From NCBI GenBank assembly GCA_029953675.1, contig JAMWBK010000001.1, forward strand, positions 1,612,001 through 1,676,000: DNA of 64,000 bases. Direction: 5' to 3'. Below, in pieces: positions 24,950-37,096 of this stretch; position 1 is the first letter of the stretch; each line of letters begins with the position of its first letter. The notes under the pieces were generated by a model that saw only the letters and a list, made by a program, of their open reading frames with translations, was not told the origin of the DNA and ran no database searches. The translations under genes were made by a program, and so were the position numbers. The DNA comes from Rhodosorus marinus CCMP1338 (lineage: Eukaryota > Plantae > Rhodophyta).

Positions 24950-27315
24950 ATGAAGTACGTGGTGGTTTCCGGCGGCGTGATTTCCGGCATCGGCAAAGGT
25001 CTTACGGCCTCATCCGTCGGGGTGCTGCTCAAATCCTGTGGGTACAAAGTTACAGCCATAAAAATCGACCCTTACATTAACATAGATGCTGGTACAATGT
25101 CCCCGTTCGAGCACGGAGAGGTGAACAAGAGAATTTTTTTCTGCTCGTCCTCAGTTTAGCTCATGTGTCCGGCTTGAACTGACCGATGTACTGCTCTGAA
25201 AAGGTGTTCGTTCTCAATGACGGTGGGGAGGTGGACCTGGATCTTGGCAATTACGAAAGGTTCCTGGATGTGACTCTTTCGAGAACGAGCAACATTACAA
25301 CTGGAAAAGTTTACCAGGAGGTACGCTTACACGGTTCATTCGTAGCTATTGATAGCAGACAGAGACCGGTATCATTAACCAAGGATGCTACCCCTTTTGC
25401 AGGTGATCGAGCGCGAAAGACGAGGAGATTACCTGGGAAAGACGGTCCAGGTGATTCCGCACGTGACAGATTGCATCCAGAACATGATCGAGAAATCCGC
25501 CGAAAACGCAGAGAAACCTGAGATATGTGTTATCGAACTGGGAGGCACTGTTGGAGATATTGAATCAATGCCGTTTGTCGAAGCACTCCGCCAACTCAAG
25601 TACGCAGTATTCTCTTAAGGACGAGCTTGCCATTGATGCTTCGTACTTCAAGAAAGTCAGAAATGCTTAACCCTCTCCTTCAAACTGGTCCAGATATCGA
25701 GTGGGGGATGAAAACTTCTGCTCGATATTCGTATCCCTCGTCCCGCAGCTCGGCGTTGTGGGAGAGCAGAAGACGAAGCCTACGCAACACGGAGTGAAGA
25801 ATCTCACCTCTATGGGGCTAGGACCGCAGATCATTGTTTGTCGCTCGGAACAGCCACTGCTGAACGAGACCAAGCGAAAGCTTGGATTATTCTGCCAAGT
25901 TCCACCTGAGGCAGTGGTTTCGGTTCACGACGTGAAGAACACATATAATATTCCTCTTATGCTACAAAGCCAAGGTGAATCTTCCGTCCCTCGCCGTGTC
26001 CGAATATCGTTTGGAAGTTTTTCCTTACTGACCTTCACACGGAACCCGATTGTACTAAATCAGGAGTTACCAACCAACTTATCAAGGCACTCCGCCTAGT
26101 TTGGAGACTTCCTTCCTTGTTGGAGGGCTGGTCGCAAATGGCTTGCTCAGTTGACGAAAGCGCCAAAGAAGTGTCGATCGCGCTGGTTGGCAAGTACACA
26201 GGATTGGCGGACTCTTACATCTCTGTGGTGAAGGCAGTTGAGCATGCGGGCATGGCTGTACGCCGGAAAGTCAGCATCAACTGGGTGGAAAGCAGTGCTT
26301 TGGAGTCAGTGCGTGAGGTACGTGCACCTTGAGTGAGCGCGAGTGCTGCCTTTTCATGTCTGTGTCCTCCGTCCCTATTGCTGTTTTCCACTACATGCGC
26401 TGAATAGTAGGTTGCAATGAACGCTTTAGGACGAGGATCCAGCGACACTGAAAGAGATGCAAGCGGCTCGGGAAGCCGCTTGGAAAACGCTCATGGAATC
26501 TGACGGCATAATTGTCCCGGGTGGGTTTGGTGATCGAGGTGTTGAAGGAAAGATGTTAGCAGCCAAGTACGCGCGAGAGAATCTCATACCATTTTTAGGA
26601 ATATGTCTCGGTATGCAGCTTGCGGCTGTGGAGGCCGCCAGGAATCTTCTGAAGATCCCGAAGGCGAACTCGGAAGAATTCGAGGCGAACGGGAAGGAAA
26701 GCGTGATTATCTATATGCCAGAAGTTGACCGAGAGCACCTGGGGGGGACGATGCGCCTGGGTGCGAGAAAAACTGTTCTTCGAGAAAGCGATTGCATGGC
26801 AGCGTGGTTGTACGGGAAGAGCGATATCTGGGAGCGCCATAGGTATGGTGATTTAGCAAGCTGTTTTGTTCGATCACGAAGCCGTTGGCCCTTCTAATGT
26901 ATAGTTCAATTGAACCTGACTTCTCAATCCTAGACACCGATATGAGGTTAACCCAGACTATGTCGAGAGACTTGAAAAGTGTGGAGTTCACTTCGTGGGG
27001 ACTGATGAAAACATGGTTAGAATGGAAATTCTCGAGAGGAAAGATCATCCCTTCTTCTTCGCAACGCAGTTCCACCCTGAGTACCTGACCAGACCTGGAA
27101 AACCGTCACCTCCTTTTCTGGGGCTTATTATGGCAGCAGCGAAGCTCCCCCTGGATCGGAACACGATCCAGTCGAGCCTTGAAAGAATTTCAAAGGAGGT
27201 TAGTCTGAGCTTTGCAGCGCAGTGCCAACGTCGAAAAGCTCGGCAACAGCGCTTACAGTTTCTCCTTTGCTTCCTTTCTTGTGCCCCTTTATTAGAATCC
27301 GTGGCTCGACGTTGA
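24950..27315 (+). CDS. CTPS: CTP synthase (multi-exon; 3' end approximate)
   Basis: [97 protein letters not shown] (split by an intron) and QFHPE. Confidence 0.97.
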
Positions 27316-27924
27316 GAACAAGAAGGATAAATGGTCAATTTAAGTTGTTTTGGTAATTAGCAGATGGTGAACATGGTGCGTTGTACAATTCTCGCGCAGC
27401 TAGTCAAAGACAATCGGCAAGGGGATCCGACGCATAGGCAGCTTCCGGAGCTGTTGAACATCAAGCTCTGACCGATGTACGACTGGAGTGAACTTTTTTT
27501 GATTTTTCGTAGACCTGCTCCGTTCAGATTTGCAGAACCACGTAGGGGAGAAAAACAAACCAGTTCTAGAAAGTGTAACAACTTTCGCTGCGATGTAAAG
27601 ATAAAGCCGTGGAGTCGTTTCCCACGGACAGCTTAGCCCTTTGTTTCCACTGAAGAGAATTTCACAGCGATCCCTTCGATATTTGAGTCCACCGGATCTC
27701 GTAGATGGAACAACACTAGGGAGAACGCCGCAATTATGGGGCTGTTTGATCTACCGAGTGAAAAAAAAAGGCTAGTTTCTCCTGGAGATTCTCCGAAGGC
27801 TTAATCTGTTTTGCAGCACCTCGCTTCAGAACCTCGGCTGCCAGAGACCTTACGCATTTCAGGGGTTCACTAACCAACAGGATCTGCGAGAATTAGCCGC
27901 TCTTCGGTGGCGCATAAGGATTCT

Positions 27925-28423
27925 ATGGATCCTGCAGCAGTGCAGCGAGAACCAACAGAAGCAGCGGACGCTGTCTTTAAGAAGAACGTTGAAGATTTAA
28001 CGGAGGTGGAGATGGAAAGGTAACACCTGCGAGTGAGAAAGCTCGCTCTGATCATCACACAGCCATCATGCATGAGTTCCCGCGACGTGTCTCAGGTCGT
28101 CTATTCTTCGTTTGTTTTGTACCGACTCTGATTCTCATGCGCGTCGCGAAGAGAAAAACAAGAACTCACCGTTTCCATTCAGAAGCTGAGAGAATCAAAC
28201 AAGGAAATCAAGGATTTCGATCCTCAAGGTATGCTTCAAACCACTGAATGCTCCTATTCCGTAAGAGGCTGAAGAACGCGACCCGCGTTTGTGAGCAACC
28301 GCAGGACAGGATGAAGAGCTGGTGATGGCGATCAAAGAAAATTTGGAAGTTATTGTGAGGAGAGAGCAGCGCCTCGAAAACATTGAAAAAAGGCTTGTGA
28401 AAGTCTCTGGGTTGGAACTTTGA
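27925..28423 (+). CDS. Small 3-exon coiled-coil protein (~96 aa), not in the ORF track
   Basis: Exons 27925-28019, 28152-28228 and 28305-28423 join through GT-AG introns in compatible phases to give MDPAAVQREPTEAADAVFKKNVEDLTEVEMEREKQELTVSIQKLRESNKEIKDFDPQGQDEELVMAIKENLEVIVRREQRLENIEKRLVKVSGLEL*. Confidence 0.7.
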
Positions 28424-29435
28424 GAGTCTGAATCAAGCTTGCAAAGGCTCTTCAACTTTGGCTACTGTCAGTTGGAAGGAGCGTAAAGATAAAAGTCTTG
28501 AGCAAGTGCGCGCACAACAGGCTGTTCACGGGCGGTTCATCCTTAGTCCCTGTAGATGCCCTTTGGCATGGATACGTCTCATCTCAAAACCTCATCATCC
28601 TACGTCAAGGCTAAACACGCAGTGGTGTTGCACCAAACGTGAGATGCGGCACGGACAGAACCGCATACCACATTAACACGCCGCGAACGCAGCGCCGGAC
28701 TCATGCCCCTGCCGAGAAGGGCACAGGAGCGTAGGCTTGATGCGACTCCAAACCTAGTCCCCTTCATGAGAGCCGATCTAGTAGACGCTCGGGAGCGGAG
28801 AATTATGCAGTCTGGGCCACCGCAACACAAGACCAGCAAATTTAGTCCGTACCGGAACTTGTACCTACGAGGCGCACTTTTGGTCAATCGTGAAGGTGAT
28901 CCATTCTCGTGGACATCGGCCAGACTCGACTGCCTGGTTCATTAGCCAGATTGGGGTTGCCCAGAAAGTTGGGTGGAAAGCTGGTTGTCCTGAGTAATGA
29001 ACCGAGCGCAAATATGGCCTTTCGTTGTCAACGCGTCCAGATGAGAGTGTAGTGAGTGCACCCTGGGTCCAGTCAGGCCCGGAGCTTGTTCAGCGAGAGT
29101 TTCAACCTCGTCCTCGCGGAATCCGACGGGGAGTCCGAATCCGTTTCTGCATCTGGTCACATGGATTTAAATTCTTTCAATTTACTCCGTGCGGCAACAT
29201 ACCCCCACACCGTAACCGTCCTCCTTGCAATGACGACTAGAAGGCAACGAGTCTTAATCCATTTCAAAAAAGCCCGTACACATGGATTCAAGTGCTTTCA
29301 ATTTACTTCACGCTGCAAACATAGACCGTTGTACCTACGAAGACCGTGACAAACTTATACAAACTAACTGCCAAGAGAGCACTAACCAAACCTCTATTAA
29401 CCGTGAAATAATATTTTAGCTTCCGGACGATCAAA

Positions 29436-30503
29436 TCACGTCCGTATGACATTCAGTACCATAGTGTTGTAGCCTTCACACTTGTGACACTTATGATACT
29501 GAGAATGGTGAGGAACTTCGGACTTCACCTCGCAGTCATTGCAGAAAATCTGAGACTTGAAGTCACTCCGACCAGTGCAGACACGACTGACCTTCAGCTG
29601 CTCGTCAATTGCCTTGTAGAATTCGGTCATGTCACCTAATGCCTTTCTACACAAGGGACAGGTGAAGTAGTGTTTCGTGTAGTCATTGAAACACATGTCG
29701 TGCATCGCGTGACCACACCTCATGAATATGACCCTCTCTGTGGAACTAAATAAAGGGTCGTGACAAACAGGGCAATTGCAATCCAAAGATCCTGCTACAC
29801 ACTTGTGGTCAGCTTTCGACTCGAGAGCCACACACGCGTTACAACGTGAACAGTGAAAATAGTCTTTCCCAATGCCCTTTCCAAGTCTGCAAATACCGCA
29901 ATCGTCACAATGATAAATGTCCTTCCCCGGCTCGTCCTCCCACAAATTGCATATGCCGCAAAAATGCCTTGCAAATCTGCTTCCACATCCTTTGCACTCC
30001 GCACACGGAGCTTGGAACAGCCCACACGTCATACACTGGATCTCCTGTGTCAGTTTTCGGTCCATGACGTGATCCTCGTTCTCATCATGACATCGTCGAC
30101 AAGTGTAGAGTTTGCGACAACAAAAGGCTACTACCCTACACCCTCTCTTGTAGTGTGAACAGCCCAGTACCCTAGACGACTCGTCATTGTATGTCCTTTG
30201 CACGGTCGACAGGTCCGACCCAGATGCGTGCTCAGAGTCAGTAGCAGAACCCTCGCAAGACACTTGGCTTCCAAGCCTGTATAAAGATTTCGAGACAAGC
30301 GCAAGCACATCTAAGAGAAGGGGAACACACGATTGGCCAGAGCCTGAAATTCAACCATACCCATAAGTTTGATCATCTTCATCGCAGCGATACGGATCGT
30401 TCAAACCCTTTTGCAGCAGAAATTCCTCCAAACACCTAGATGAGTTCTCTACGCCTTCAAAGCTTTCTCGTTCGATTAGCAACGCCAACGGGTAACCAGA
30501 CAT
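29436..30503 (-). CDS. RCHY1: CHY zinc-finger/RING E3 ligase (RCHY1/PIRH2-like)
   Basis: GCSHYKRGC..CCRKLYTCRRCHDE (CHY), HCDDCGICRLG (CTCHY), CPVCHD..CGHAMH..CPLC (RING-H2) and a C-terminal CNDC..HKC..C..YNT ribbon. A short first exon from ATG 30503 is inferred. Confidence 0.92.
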
Positions 30504-32682
30504 CTCGCCAAACAACCGTTGCGTAGAAAGCTCTAACGCTCACAAATACCTTTCGCGGAGTAGAACGGACGCTCAAACGAGTGTCCAACGAAGAAGACCA
30601 AGATATGCACTCTCCATTTTGACGTAATACGTTGCAAAATCCTCTTCCCGATAAGCCCCGCATAAAAACACACAAACACAAACCACCCTTCTACGCCAAA
30701 AAAAAAATTTGGCACAAAGCAAACCCGTAGAACAGCGCCTGAGCCTCTACACGAAAAACTCGAAAAGTGCAATTAACGAACGCCCTCCTCACAGCTCCTC
30801 GGTCAACAAGCAAACCTTAATACTTAACCTGGGATTGACTGGCAAACGATAAGGTTTGACCTTTTTGGTGTCCCTTAGACGAGCAACGACTTCAGCACAA
30901 AGAAACAACGCTGCGAACAGGAACAGCACGGAACAATCACCGAAAAGCTCGCTCTCCTCCCTCCTTTTTTATAGGGTTCTCGTTTTTCGCAAACTCCCCC
31001 AACCCCATTCCTGGCGACCCCCACTGCCAACACACAGCTTCCCCTTCGGTTATAAATCCGACCCAAAGCCACAAACTTGTCTGTTTTTTGTTGTTTTTTC
31101 TGACTGGACCAAGAATTGAGAAAACAGCCTCTGAATCGTACTAGTTTGTTCTTGTTCTAGCCGAGCAAGCCACGGACGTATACAAATCAGGAACAACTTC
31201 CTTGCGGCTCGCAAATCCCTGTAACCATACTGTATTAGGCGATCTCGAGTCTTGGAACAATCGAAAGCCCCCCGGTGTTTTCTGTTTTTGAAATCGGGCG
31301 GGTCTATTCTTGGAAGATCTCTGTCGGAATTTCACTATCTAGGGGGTTGGAGTTGCTTTGCATGTTCTGACCCGGAAAGAAATTTTGCAAAAAAACCCAC
31401 GTATTATTTTGACTTTGAGCAATACAGGGTACAACTGTTGATAGATTCACTTTTCCCTAACCCCTCATCCGAAAAATCATGGTGCGGCGGCAAGTATGGC
31501 ATACTGGCTTTGCGTTCGCTACAACTTCACTGGTATCTTCTCAGAGGATTTCTGCTTTCCGGGAAACAACAACTTTTCATTTTTGTAGCCCTCACACAAC
31601 CCGCACCCCCTAAAGTTGTTCTCCATGTAACATCCGGGAAAACCAACCACGGGGCAGTTCTAATTCCAACATGCTAGAACACTTGATATCAAACCGATTT
31701 GAAAGTGGAAATCAGTTTGTTCAACATTTGCCAGGGGTTCGAGGACTGCCGGGAGACAGCATGCCTACCCCACCCCCTCCCACACAGATGAACACAAACA
31801 GATCCCCTCGGAACGTGCCAAAATTGAATCAAGTCCTGCATTGTTCGAAAACGGTAGTAAGAGCGGTGCTCGCGCATGAGTTTCGGTTATCAAATCAATG
31901 GGGTTCTACTTCCAACATGGTCGAAAGGATAAAAATATATTGCAATTATTTTTCCTCACTTTCTTGAAGTCGTCTTTTGATTGGCATGGTTGTCCTTGTC
32001 GGAACTTGTACCAAAATAAGCACCTGATTCGTTGAGTAGCGATTGACTTTAAGAGGGACTATCCATTTAAAAGACACCAATCACTTTTTGATATGCCATT
32101 CCGATCTTTTTTGATTGCCTCTCGGAGAGTGGCACTGGATTTCATTCTCTATCAATAAAGAGAGGAGATAGACAAACATGTTTTTCAAAATTTTATTGGA
32201 TATACGTCCAAATATCAATTGATATTCAAGATGAATTTCTACTTATTGGTGAAGAAAACTGGAGGCAAACTTCTGCTGCTTTGCCGTGTTTGTTTCGGCG
32301 ACATTTCGGCTTTTGGATGACTTCGAACGACCTCGAAGAGTTTTCTGCATTTGCATAAAGGAGAAGGCTCTGTGGCATAATTACCGGTGGGGATACGGGG
32401 TCATGCCCGGGCATGTTGGAACAAAGTTGAGGACGTGGAGAATATTGAAGGCTTTACAGTGGAAGATCACCATGGAGGTTTAAGCGTCAGCTTGCGTATT
32501 GCGTTCTGAGCAGTTGTGTTTTCGCACAGGCAACTTTTTGTTGAAATGAATAACCTTATTCGCGGTTTCCGTCATTGGCTGTTTACGAATCATCACAGAG
32601 ACTAGGGAGGAAGAAATTGGGTCGGTGTTATCGGCGAGGAGGAGGTGGTATAATTGCCGTTGGTGAAGTATCAAAGTTAGAC

Positions 32683-33174
32683 ATGGAGTTGCCGCAGGAT
32701 CTGGAGGGGAGGGTGAACAATATCATCGCCACCCTCAAGCGTTTTGCGAAGGAAACGCAAGCGAGAAATAAGCGCATCGGTGTTGTCAAGAAGATTATCA
32801 AAGAGCGGGAATTCTCGGCGAGAGAGCGTTCTAAGAGGATGCAGGCGTTTCTTTCTAAGTGCAAAGGCAATGGGGTTATGAAGACGTCAGTGAGGAAGTT
32901 CCAGAACAAGGAGTCTAGCGACCTCAAGGAACGAGTGCACGTGGAAGTAGTGAAGGAATACTCTTTGAAGTTGCAGAAGTTGTCGCAAATGAGTGCAGCG
33001 AGCTCCAAGACTCCGAACGAGGAAATCTGTAAGGCGGAGTTTGCCCAGCCCCAAACTGCGAAAGAAATCGATCTCCCGTTTATGCCAAACGGGTACTGGG
33101 AGCAAGATGTGGATGTTGGTGATCTGGACTTTGCAAGCGATGTGCAGGGTGGAGAAGATGTCTACGCACCTTAG
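32683..33174 (+). CDS. Hypothetical protein (basic helical N-half, acidic C-tail)
   Basis: Open 163-codon frame from ATG with protein-like composition; no recognisable family motif. Confidence 0.4.
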   Translation: MELPQDLEGRVNNIIATLKRFAKETQARNKRIGVVKKIIKEREFSARERSKRMQAFLSKCKGNGVMKTSVRKFQNKESSDLKERVHVEVVKEYSLKLQKLSQMSAASSKTPNEEICKAEFAQPQTAKEIDLPFMPNGYWEQDVDVGDLDFASDVQGGEDVYAP

Positions 33175-33280
33175 TTGTAGTTCTAGGGAGTCCGAAGCTC
33201 TTGCTATTTTTGCACGGGATGGATTGATTACTTTTGTCGCCGCTTTCAATGCCTTATCTTCGAAGAAATAAATTATCTAC

Positions 33281-33409
33281 GGAAGTGGAGAAGACATCGG
33301 AACCAAAACAGGAGGTGCACTTCCCGCCATGACTAGCACTAGAAACCCCAGACTGGAAGTGGAGAAGACATCGCGACCAAAACAGGAGATGCACTTCCCG
33401 CCATGACTA
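33281..33409. repeat. Two 55-bp direct repeats (period 74 bp), each containing a GGAAGTG...CACTTCC inverted pair
   Basis: 33281-33335 and 33355-33409 both read ggaagtggagaagacatcg..accaaaacaggag.tgcacttcccgccatgacta, with 3 mismatches. Confidence 0.9.
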
Positions 33410-33860
33410 ATGCAACACACCTGTCAAAACTGCTGGATTCTTTGGAAAATAATTCTGGGTTTGACTCTTGATCTGCATGTGACTGGCTGGGGTACGCTCG
33501 CTCCCGCAGCCCCCTATATCAAAAGAAACCTACATCAATAAAACGATCGCTGAGGATGTGCACCAACACGGACTACCGGTGGTGGCCTCGCCGCGTGTTG
33601 CTGCTATGCTTTTTTACTGGCGTTATCAATCCCAGTAGCGTCTGTGCTGGCCTCATGCAAGAACATGAGAGTGCGATGACGAAGTGAAGGTTATCCTGAA
33701 ACTCTGGCTATGAAATCTTGCTCAGTGCTAAGCAACAGCACTTGCGTGGCAAAAGAATTACTTGATCTACGATCGATGATCGTTTATCGAGTTGCCTCGG
33801 TAAGACAAGCATTGTAAAAATTCTACAAGAGAAAAGTTGCGCTTGTAGGAGACGGTGGCA

Positions 33861-34586
33861 ATGGACCTGGAGAAGTACTACTGGCAGCGCTATAGGTTGT
33901 TCTCAAGGTACGACGAGGGAGTTCTACTAGACAACGAGTCGTGGTTTTCGGTAACACCTGGTAAGCGCGTTGACTATACAAGTCAGAAGATAAGCCCGCA
34001 ACTCATCGTCAGTCAGTCCTTCTCTAATGTGATCTCGAGTTCAGAAAAGATAGCATGGCACATAGCGGAGAGATTTACCTGCGATGTTGTTGTAGACGCG
34101 TTCGCAGGTGCCGGAGGAAACACGATTCAGTTCGCGCGGACATGTAAACATGTGGTGGCCATCGAAAACAACGAGAAAAGGCTCCAGCTCGCAATGCACA
34201 ATGCGTCGATCTATCAAGTCGAAAATAGCGTTGAGTTCGTTCTGGGCGACGCTTTCGAGATGATGCAGGCTTTGGCCGGCATTGCAGACGCAGTGTTCCT
34301 GTCCCCTCCGTGGGGTGGACCACGTTACGCTGATGAAAAACTTTTTGATCTCAGCGCAATGAAACCTTACAGTGCCCTATTCGTTGTCAGCAGAGCTCTT
34401 GAGCTCACTCCAAACGTAGCCATCCTATTGCCAAAAACCACCACACAGAAACAGATCTTGCGCTTCCTGAAATTGAACTGTAGCAACGCACCAGATTCTT
34501 GTGAGGTGGAGTATAACTATCTTGGGAGTCGGCTGAAAACAATCACCGTTTATTTTGGGAACCTGGCCCGGGATACGTTCAAATGA
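33861..34586 (+). CDS. TGS1: Trimethylguanosine synthase (cap hypermethylase), short catalytic-domain form
   Basis: KYYWQRYRLFSRYDEG..ESWFSVTP|EKIAWHIA, VVDAFAGAGGNTIQFA and VFLSPPWGGPRY. One 84-nt intron at 33961-34044 with a ctaat branch motif. Confidence 0.95.
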   Translation: MDLEKYYWQRYRLFSRYDEGVLLDNESWFSVTPGKRVDYTSQKISPQLIVSQSFSNVISSSEKIAWHIAERFTCDVVVDAFAGAGGNTIQFARTCKHVVAIENNEKRLQLAMHNASIYQVENSVEFVLGDAFEMMQALAGIADAVFLSPPWGGPRYADEKLFDLSAMKPYSALFVVSRALELTPNVAILLPKTTTQKQILRFLKLNCSNAPDSCEVEYNYLGSRLKTITVYFGNLARDTFK

Positions 34587-34930
34587 GGGAAATGGCTCGC
34601 TTCCTCAATGCATTCTGTACCTGCTCAAACGGTTGTCGTTTTGCGGAGTTTTTATACGTAAGCGTAAAGTGGTATTACGGCAATGGCATACGCAAATGGC
34701 AAAACCGGCGACGGAATAAGCAAAGAAGCCTCCCCACCAACCCGTCTTTGAGCTGAGCAAGGCTTGAGGGTAAAGCCGTTTGCTCACGCTAGCTGCTTTT
34801 CCTGTACTGGCGGGGCTTGGATGGACATCTTTGATTTTCATCCAAAAAGTAAGCCACTAAACCGAAAGTTGTCTCACCGGGCTGCCCCATGGTCACAACC
34901 ACGAACGGTCATAAAAGAGGGCAAAGCTCT

Positions 34931-34980
34931 TGACCTCTGGTCGGCGTTGGCGCTCTGACCTCTGATCGGCGTTGGCGCTC
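34931..34980. repeat. 25-bp tandem duplication
   Basis: tgacctctggtcggcgttggcgctc followed by tgacctctgatcggcgttggcgctc (1 mismatch). Confidence 0.9.
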
Positions 34981-35084
34981 AGAGCGGATGGTCACTCGCA
35001 GATGATGCCTGACGGACTCCGGCAAATTGCTTGGTGTGTACAGAGGTTGGGTTTCTTTATTTTCCGCAAAGACTGAAGAATAGA

Positions 35085-37096
35085 TTATTGTCTCTCCTGT
35101 TTCGTCATCATCTCACTAACCAAGAACGCCAACTCTAGAGCCTGCGACGCATTGAGTCGCGGGTCGCATTGGCTCTCATACCTTTGGAAAAGATCCTCAT
35201 GATCAAGCTCCATCATTCCTCCAACACATTCTAGAAAACAACAAAGAAAAAGAGTCAGAGCCTTGGTCTCTTACAGGAGCTTGAACAAAGGAGAGATGAT
35301 ACGAATCAATTACCGGTGACGTTCTGGCCAGTCATCTCGAGATGAATGCCACCAGGGTAGGTGCCCATTGCCTTGTGAACTTCAAAGAACTCCTTCACCT
35401 CAGAAAGAACATTCTCAAAGCGTCGAGTTTTGTACCCAGATGGTGACGACTCAGTGTTCCCGTGCATAGCATCACACACCCACAGGACATTTCGACCTTC
35501 CTCCTTGATGGTCTCGATATGTCGGGGCAGGTGGTCCCAAACCTTTCCAGCCCCGACTCTGTTAATCAAGGTGATCCGTCCGGGCTCATTGTTAGGATCC
35601 AATATTTCAAGCAGTTCCAACAGGTCGTCTCTGGAAAGAGTTGGACCACTGCATATCCAGAATCCATTTAGAAAGGAGCAAGACCGATAAGCGACAGGTC
35701 AGTATATGTAGAGAGGCACCTGTAGTCTAGAGAGGCGAATTCAGGCTCTGCTCCAATCCCCAATGCGAGCTTTTCTACGCACACAACTCTTAATCCACTA
35801 GTTCGGAATACAGCGTACCACTTAATCCCAATTGGGTTCGCAATTCCACGAAGGAACTCAACGTGCGCACCGTTTGGCTGGCGGGTGCGGTCTCCTAGCC
35901 ATATGAAGTGACCAGACGTGGCGTAATGCTTCCCCGTGTTCTTGTCATAGCGAGTCATGGCCTCTTCATAGGGCAGCAGAAGGGCCTCGTGCGAAACATA
36001 GAATTCTGCTTGTCGAACGTCCGGGGAATCCGTCTGAAAAGTGGTTCATATGAAGGAGTCCAGAAAACGAACAGCCAGTCCTAACGGTTAGTAAACTCTG
36101 CGCGTAGCCCGCGCGGTAGAAAGTATTCCCCCATTTCGCACCGGAAGGCCGCAAGAACCCATAAAGGCAATGGCGTTGGTAATGTTATTTGCGTAGTCGA
36201 GAAACTGCTGCCCTTGTGGGGTTCCGTTCACGAATTGCAGATTGATGTCGTGAACTTTGTGCAGATCTAAATAACCCCCTGATGCCAGAGCACGCAGCAG
36301 GTTTATCGTAGCTGTGCTCTGGTTCAGAGCCCTGATCATGCGATCAGGATCTGGGACCCTCGCTCTGCAACAAAAGCACCAAACGAACGTCTCTTTAGGC
36401 GAACTAGGTTCCAAAAAAACAAACTTGTACCCAAAGCTACTCACTCCAATGTGAATTCTGGGCCGTTGATCATGTCCCCTCTATAGCTAGGTAGCTCCAG
36501 CTCCTGGTTCTTTGCCTTCTCCATGGGACTGCTCCGAGGCTTCGCAAATTGTCCAGCCATCCTCCCAATCTTCACCACCGGTTTCTTGAGTCCGTACATC
36601 ATTGCAATGCTCATCTGGATGAGCAAGGTGAACGTGTCTCTAATATTATCCCCGCCATACTTTTCAAATTCTTCAAAGCTCTCTGCGCAGTCGCCACCCT
36701 GGAGTACGAAGTGCTTGCCTGCCGCAGCCTTGGCAAGCTGGGACTTTAATCGTTCTACTTCACCTGAAAATACAAGCGGCAGAACGCGTCTAATTTGCTC
36801 CTCAACATCTTCCAACTTCTCCTTGTCTGGGTAGTCCGGAACCTGGCGGACGGGCATTTCCCTCCAAGATCCAGGGGTCCATTCCAGGTTTTTCTGCGAG
36901 GGAATTCGCAGAAAATTGTTGAGAGAAAGTTTGCAGACTACTGTGAAGCCACTCGCGACCTCGGTATACATACCCGATCGACCGAGGCCGGCTGTTCTGG
37001 AGCCACTACATTCCGACACGTTCGGACACCCCCAGACCTGCGACCTCCGACGACGGGCCCCGAACCACCAACAAACCCTAACTCAAAGGGCTCCAT
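35085..37096 (-). CDS. Class II DAHP synthase (phospho-2-dehydro-3-deoxyheptonate aldolase) with probable plastid transit peptide
   Basis: [106 protein letters not shown]|ECVGG and [15 protein letters not shown]. The N-terminus [13 protein letters not shown].. is Ser/Gly/Arg-rich and presequence-like. Confidence 0.95.

Noticed and set aside
31860-32010. Faint Tc1/IS630-like wording on the minus strand (QDN..KNNCNIFLSFRPCWK*NPID)
   Set aside because: Too short and degenerate to support without an HMM search.
3368-34586. PIF1, ATM and TGS1 as a telomere/DNA-repair gene cluster
   Set aside because: They are separated by unrelated genes over 30 kb; chance neighbourhood in a compact genome explains it.
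33281-34980. Short direct repeats as a CRISPR-like array
   Set aside because: Only two units each, no regular spacer series, and a eukaryotic context.
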